Positions 59,319-64,000 of a DNA stretch of 64,000 nt are shown in pieces. A model generated the notes under the pieces. The model was not told the origin of the DNA and did no database searches. It worked only from the letters and a program-made list of their open reading frames with translations. Position 1 is the first letter of the stretch. Every line of letters begins with the position of its first letter. Source of the DNA: an uncultured Bacilli bacterium (lineage in GTDB: Bacteria > Bacillota_I > Bacilli_A > RF39 > UBA660); assembly GCA_963931185.1 (NCBI GenBank), contig OZ006981.1:929626-993625 (forward strand). Direction: 5' to 3'. Position numbers and translations under genes: made by a program.

Positions 59319-61040
59319 ATGAATTTAACAGCAGTATCCAAAACAGTGAATGAAATTTTATCTCGTAATTCATTTTATGATATTCCAAGAAATCAAAGAA
59401 AATATGTTTGGGAAAAAGAGCAATTATCTCAATTGTATGAAGATATATTTATTAACGAAGATGGTGTAAATCACTTCATGGGATGTATCGTATTAGAGGA
59501 AAACAGCACTGATAATAGGAATTACTATAACATTATTGACGGACAACAACGTTTGACTACTTTTAATTTATTATTATTAAGTATCTCAAAAATTATGTTT
59601 GAGTGTAATGATGATAAAAAAGCTATGTCTAATAAAAAATATATTGTTGGAGATATAGATGGGGAAGAAATTAATAAAGTTCGCATTGAAGATTCTTATT
59701 TATCTATTATTATTGATGGTGTTTTTCTTAAATTGAGCAATGATGGAATTCAAGAAAAAATCAAGTATAGTGGGCTAAAAAATGATAAATATAATAAAAA
59801 AGTTTTAGATGCCTATTTATTTTTTTACAATAGATTAATGCAAGATTTAGAAAATTTATCGCCTACTAATAAAATGAAAAAATTATTGGAATTAAAAAAT
59901 AAAATTTTAAGTGTAAATGTTGTAGAAATAATTGCACCATATGATGATAATGCAACAGTAGGTTATAGAATATTTGAAGTGTTAAATGCAAGGGGGATAC
60001 CATTAGAACAACATGAATTGATTAAGAACTATATATTTAAATATAAGAAAAAAAAGAAAAATTCAAAAAATGATGGAGCTAAAAAGCAATGGGAAAATAT
60101 AGTAAACAATTTAGTAAATGAATATAATGATAATATGAGTAACTTTTTTTCACATTATATAATTCATAAGTATGGTATTAAATCATCAAAAAAAGGAGAA
60201 TTTGAAGCAATAAAAGAAAATTGTCATAAAGGAGAAGTTGATGACCTATTATTAGATTTAGTAAAAAAATCGAATTATTACTCTGTTATTTGTGATCCAT
60301 CTAAGAATTCCGCTTTGCCATTTCTTAGTAAAACTGTAATTAATGCATTAATTTTTTTTAAAGATATGAATATTAGACAGATTAGACCAGTTCTTCTTTC
60401 TTTGTTTAATTGTGCTGATTCTGGGTTGATTAGTCAAACCGTATTAGACGATATTATAAAATATTTAGAATCATTTTATTTTATTTATGTTGTTCTTGCT
60501 AAAAATAAAACTAATAATTTAGAAAATATAATATGTAATTATGCCCATAAATTGGAAAATGAATTTAATTCTAAAGTTATTGAAGAATTTATGAATTCGT
60601 TATCTAAATATAAAATATCATATGACAGTTTTGAAAATTATTTTTGTGATATTGGGTATTCTAAAAAAAATGTCAAATTTAAAAATAGTTCAAATAAAAA
60701 AGTCGTTTTCTACGTTTTAAAAAAAATTGAGATATATTACAACACAGAAAATGACTATGATTTAAATAAATTTTCTATTGAACATATAAAATGTGATGAT
60801 GAAGAGAATGATGAAATAGCAAAAATTGGGAACTTATTACCATTGTCAGAAAAGAGAAATAATAAAATTTCAAATGCTGATTTTGATACAAAGGTTGAGC
60901 AATATAAAAAATCTAATCTGTTAACTGTGAAAAGATTTTTAACAAATTATTCAACAAAAAAGGTTTGGGATGAATCAGATATAATTAGTAGAACAAAAAA
61001 AATTGCAAATATGTGTTATAAGAATGTTTGGCCCTTATAA
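59319..61040 (+). CDS. GmrSD-family protein (DUF262 plus DUF1524), copy 3
   Basis: IPRNQRKYVW, DGQQR (59538-59552), C-terminal IEHIKCDD...IGNLLPLSEKRNNKISN. Confidence 0.8.
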   Translation: MNLTAVSKTVNEILSRNSFYDIPRNQRKYVWEKEQLSQLYEDIFINEDGVNHFMGCIVLEENSTDNRNYYNIIDGQQRLTTFNLLLLSISKIMFECNDDKKAMSNKKYIVGDIDGEEINKVRIEDSYLSIIIDGVFLKLSNDGIQEKIKYSGLKNDKYNKKVLDAYLFFYNRLMQDLENLSPTNKMKKLLELKNKILSVNVVEIIAPYDDNATVGYRIFEVLNARGIPLEQHELIKNYIFKYKKKKKNSKNDGAKKQWENIVNNLVNEYNDNMSNFFSHYIIHKYGIKSSKKGEFEAIKENCHKGEVDDLLLDLVKKSNYYSVICDPSKNSALPFLSKTVINALIFFKDMNIRQIRPVLLSLFNCADSGLISQTVLDDIIKYLESFYFIYVVLAKNKTNNLENIICNYAHKLENEFNSKVIEEFMNSLSKYKISYDSFENYFCDIGYSKKNVKFKNSSNKKVVFYVLKKIEIYYNTENDYDLNKFSIEHIKCDDEENDEIAKIGNLLPLSEKRNNKISNADFDTKVEQYKKSNLLTVKRFLTNYSTKKVWDESDIISRTKKIANMCYKNVWPL

Positions 61041-61082
61041 ATAAAAAAACGTATTTTAAATATAATATAAATGGTGAGATGA

Positions 61083-61280
61083 ATGTTCAAAGTTATAGTT
61101 ATTTATAAAAAGAATAAATATGAGATTAAAGTATATGATTATCAGTTTAATAGATGGTGTGCATCACATAATGGAACATTGTTTAGAACTATTGAAGATG
61201 CCAAATTTATGAAAAGCATATTAATAAAATTAAATAATAAAAATATAAAAGATGTTATTATAGAAGATATTAGGAGGTAG
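61083..61280 (+). CDS. Small hypothetical protein immediately upstream of dpnM
   Basis: 65 aa, GGTGAG RBS, ends 4 nt before dpnM. No HTH recognised. Confidence 0.4.
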   Translation: MFKVIVIYKKNKYEIKVYDYQFNRWCASHNGTLFRTIEDAKFMKSILIKLNNKNIKDVIIEDIRR

Positions 61281-61284
61281 CAAA

Positions 61285-62136
61285 ATGATTAAAGGAAAAC
61301 CATTTGTAAAATGGGCTGGTGGGAAAAGACAAATTATTGATAAATTAAAACAATATGTTCCTGATGATTTTAATACTTATTATGAACCATTTGTTGGTGG
61401 AGGTGCTTTATTATTTGAATTATCTCCTAAAAATGCGGTTATTAATGATTATAATAAAGAACTTATGAATGTTTATGAATGTATTAAAGATGCTAAAAAA
61501 TTTGAATCTATGTGTAAAGAATTAAATCATCATGAAACTATGCATTCTGAAGAATATTATTATGAAATTAGAAATCTAGATAGAGACAAAAAGAAGTTTA
61601 ATAAATTAGCTGATTATAAAAGAGCTGCTAGAACAATTTATCTTAATAAGGCTTGCTTTAATGGATTATATAGAGTAAATAGTAAAAATGAATTTAATGT
61701 TCCATTTGGAAAGAAAAATAAAGTTAATACTTATGAAGGGCAAAATCTAGGAATTATATGTGGATTTTTAAATTACAACAATATTAGATTATTATCAGTT
61801 GATTTTGAAGAAGCTGTAAAAGGCGCAAAAAAAGGGGACTTTGTATATTTTGATCCCCCATATGATTCTGATACAACTACCTTTAATAGTTATACTGAAG
61901 ATGGCTTTGATAAAGAAGAACAAAAAAGACTTGCAAAAGTATTTAAGGATTTGGATAAAAGAGGATGTTATGTAATGCTATCTAATCATAATACAACTTT
62001 AGTTAATGAATTATATAAAGATTATAATATTCACATTATAGAGGCTAAAAGAAATATTAACGCTAATGGAAAAAAAAGAGGAAAAGTTGAAGAAGTTATA
62101 ATAACAAATTTTGAAAATAAAAGAGGATTTGAATAG
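61285..62136 (+). CDS. dpnM: Dam-type N6-adenine DNA methyltransferase (DpnII methylase 1, GATC)
   Basis: FVKWAGGKRQI, EPFVGGGA, DPPY (61852-61863). Context with dpnA and dpnB. Confidence 0.9.
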   Translation: MIKGKPFVKWAGGKRQIIDKLKQYVPDDFNTYYEPFVGGGALLFELSPKNAVINDYNKELMNVYECIKDAKKFESMCKELNHHETMHSEEYYYEIRNLDRDKKKFNKLADYKRAARTIYLNKACFNGLYRVNSKNEFNVPFGKKNKVNTYEGQNLGIICGFLNYNNIRLLSVDFEEAVKGAKKGDFVYFDPPYDSDTTTFNSYTEDGFDKEEQKRLAKVFKDLDKRGCYVMLSNHNTTLVNELYKDYNIHIIEAKRNINANGKKRGKVEEVIITNFENKRGFE

Positions 62137-62171
62137 TAATTTTACTATATTTAATATAAGGAGGTATTGAT

Positions 62172-62942
62172 ATGAATAGGTTAAAATATTATTATGAGAA
62201 TAACAATTTTAAACTTATTCAAGGTGATTCATTATCAATATTAAAAAAAATAGAGCCAAAAAGTGTTGATATGATTTTTGCTGATCCTCCTTATTTTTTG
62301 TCTGGTGATGGTATTTCGTGCAGTGCAGGTAAAATGGTTAGTGTAAAAAAAGGTGTATGGGATGAAAAAATAGACATTAAAGAAAAGCATAAATTTAACA
62401 AAAAATGGATTAGATTATGCAAAGAAATTTTAAAAGATGATGGTACTATTTGGATAAGTGGAACTATGCATAACATCTATTCAATAGGTATGGCTCTTGA
62501 AGAAGAAGGATTTAAAATCATTAATAATATTACTTGGAGAAAACTAAATCCTCCTCCAAATATTAGTTGTAGAGCTTTTGTTCATTCAACTGAAACAATA
62601 TTATGGGCAAAGAAAGATATAAAGAATACTAAACATAAATTTAACTATAAATTAATGAGAGAAATGAATAACAATAAACAGATGAAAGATGTTTGGGAAA
62701 CATCTTTAACTAAGCCCAGTGAAAAAAGGTGTGGTAAACATCCAACACAAAAACCAATTGCTTTATTAGAAAAAATTATTTTATCATCAACTGATGAAGG
62801 AGATTTAATTTTAGATCCATTTAATGGTAGTGGTACTACGGGGATTGTCGCTAATAAATTAAATAGAAAATATATTGGAATTGAAAAAGAAAAAGAATAT
62901 TTAGATTTGACTATAAGAAGAAAGGACAGTGATAAAAGTTGA
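62172..62942 (+). CDS. dpnA: N6/N4 DNA methyltransferase (DpnII methylase 2)
   Basis: DPPY (62283-62294) near the N-terminus, HPTQKP, LDPFNGSGTTG near the C-terminus (beta-class order). Confidence 0.9.
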   Translation: MNRLKYYYENNNFKLIQGDSLSILKKIEPKSVDMIFADPPYFLSGDGISCSAGKMVSVKKGVWDEKIDIKEKHKFNKKWIRLCKEILKDDGTIWISGTMHNIYSIGMALEEEGFKIINNITWRKLNPPPNISCRAFVHSTETILWAKKDIKNTKHKFNYKLMREMNNNKQMKDVWETSLTKPSEKRCGKHPTQKPIALLEKIILSSTDEGDLILDPFNGSGTTGIVANKLNRKYIGIEKEKEYLDLTIRRKDSDKS

Positions 62943-63310
62943 AAAATGAAGATGTTGAATTAGCAAGAGAAACGTTAAATAAACTTATTTCAAATTTTTT
63001 AGATGATGATATCAATTATGGTAAAAAATTATTAGCTAGTTGTAATGAATCTTTAGGTAATTGTTCAATAAAAGGTTTAGCAAATGATTATATGAATAAA
63101 ATGGAAAATAAATATGGTATTTTTAATAGGTTATATAATTTTATTAATGGATATATACTACATACTAATAATATACCAATTATGAAATGTCAAAATTTAA
63201 AAAAACAAATTCAGATAATAGAAAAAGTAAAAGAAGCTAAAGAATTAAATGATGATTTAGATAAAGTTGATACATTATTAAAAAAATTAAAGGAGCAGAG
63301 CAATGTCTAG
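62939..63310 (+). CDS. Hypothetical protein inserted between dpnA and dpnB
   Basis: 123 aa. TTG start overlaps the dpnA stop, and its stop overlaps the dpnB ATG. No motif recognised. Confidence 0.5.
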   Translation: MKNEDVELARETLNKLISNFLDDDINYGKKLLASCNESLGNCSIKGLANDYMNKMENKYGIFNRLYNFINGYILHTNNIPIMKCQNLKKQIQIIEKVKEAKELNDDLDKVDTLLKKLKEQSNV

Positions 63311-64000
63311 AAATTTTAATGAATGGTTAAGTAAATTTAAAACCAGTATATCAGATTATACATATTATGTTGACTTTAAAAAAATATATAAAAATATTGA
63401 TAAAGTAAAAGTAGAACTTAATATTTTGAATTCTTTAATAGGTAGCAAAAATATTGAAGAAGAATTTCAAAATATTCTGATTAAATATCCTGAAACTTTA
63501 GAATGTATTCCTCTTTTATTAGCTGTTCGCTCAAGAGAAATATTTGTTAAAGATGAAATAAATGAATATTTATTTAAGTTCGATAAAATGGTTTATTCTA
63601 TAAATGATTATATTAAATTTATGCGAGAGAGTGGACTATTTGATTTATTACAAAATCATATTATAAATAATTTATATGATTATGTTTTAGGTGTTGAAGT
63701 AGGATTAGATTCAAATGGGAGAAAAAATCGTGGTGGCCATTTAATGGAAAACTTAGTTGAAGATTATATAAAAAAAGCAGGATACATAAAAGATAAAAAT
63801 TATTATAAAGAAATGTATACAAAAGATATTAAAGCGAAATGGAATATAGATTTAATGTCAATATCAGGAAAGCAACAAGCTAGTAAACGATGGGATTATG
63901 TCATAAAAACTGATGAGCAACTTTATGTTATTGAAACAAATTTTTATGCTAGTCAAGGTTCTAAATTAAATGAAACTGCAAGAAGTTATGAATTGATTGC
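63303..64000 (+). CDS. dpnB: Type II restriction endonuclease DpnII/MboI family (GATC), N-terminal ~232 aa; runs off right edge
   Basis: Not in the track (no stop in the window). Manual translation gives MSRNFNEWLSKFKTSISDYTYYVDFKKIYKNIDKVKVELNILNSLIGSKNIEEEF...GVEVGLDSNGRKNRGGHLMENLVEDYI...YVIETNFYASQGSKLNETARSYELI. This closely parallels pneumococcal DpnII as I recall it. Confidence 0.85.
   Translation, partial: MSRNFNEWLSKFKTSISDYTYYVDFKKIYKNIDKVKVELNILNSLIGSKNIEEEFQNILIKYPETLECIPLLLAVRSREIFVKDEINEYLFKFDKMVYSINDYIKFMRESGLFDLLQNHIINNLYDYVLGVEVGLDSNGRKNRGGHLMENLVEDYIKKAGYIKDKNYYKEMYTKDIKAKWNIDLMSISGKQQASKRWDYVIKTDEQLYVIETNFYASQGSKLNETARSYELI

Overview
Very AT-rich window (by eye; GC not computed), standard genetic code, from a low-GC Gram-positive (Bacillota-like) chromosome; no finer taxonomic call is possible. 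No rRNA, tRNA or CRISPR array was recognised. The left part (1-15.7 kb) looks like core or envelope DNA. It holds a cohesin-like/dockerin surface pair, a cell-surface glycan cluster (GT4, split Alg14/Alg13-like GT, GT-C-like membrane protein, GtrB-like GT2), pyruvate:ferredoxin oxidoreductase and recG. From about 15.8 kb onward the window is a mosaic of accessory DNA with decayed mobile-element remnants: an IS30-type HTH fragment, an AbiEii fragment, a short integrase, a nonsense-mutated Xis-like gene and a phage replication module. This part has an unusually dense set of defence genes: a complete Type ISP restriction-modification enzyme, a frameshifted membrane-anchored PIF1/RecD-like helicase, three divergent GmrSD-like (DUF262-DUF1524) genes and a DpnII (GATC) cassette. 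Two operons are not explained by systems I know. (1) 41557-48406 encodes a KOW (NusG C-terminal) protein, a Pol III alpha-like protein whose PHP and palm catalytic residues are all substituted and which is fused to a DnaB-like RecA domain, a second degenerate DnaB-like protein, an apparently active MBL/beta-CASP nuclease and a putative PD-(D/E)xK protein. (2) 24404-28126 is a five-gene, translationally coupled operon: small protein, HTH-Fic, minimal Hanks-type kinase, 410-aa unknown and a small PD-(D/E)xK protein. It sits behind a consensus promoter with a duplicated operator-like repeat. A GC-rich motif CCCCCTGA(A)G occurs four times, each time in an intergenic region (none was seen inside a coding region), same strand; three of the four copies (B, C, D) lie at junctions between gene blocks. 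Two copies belong to promoter-plus-terminator units that look like small RNAs. All functional calls rest on motif recognition by eye. Start codons are approximate.
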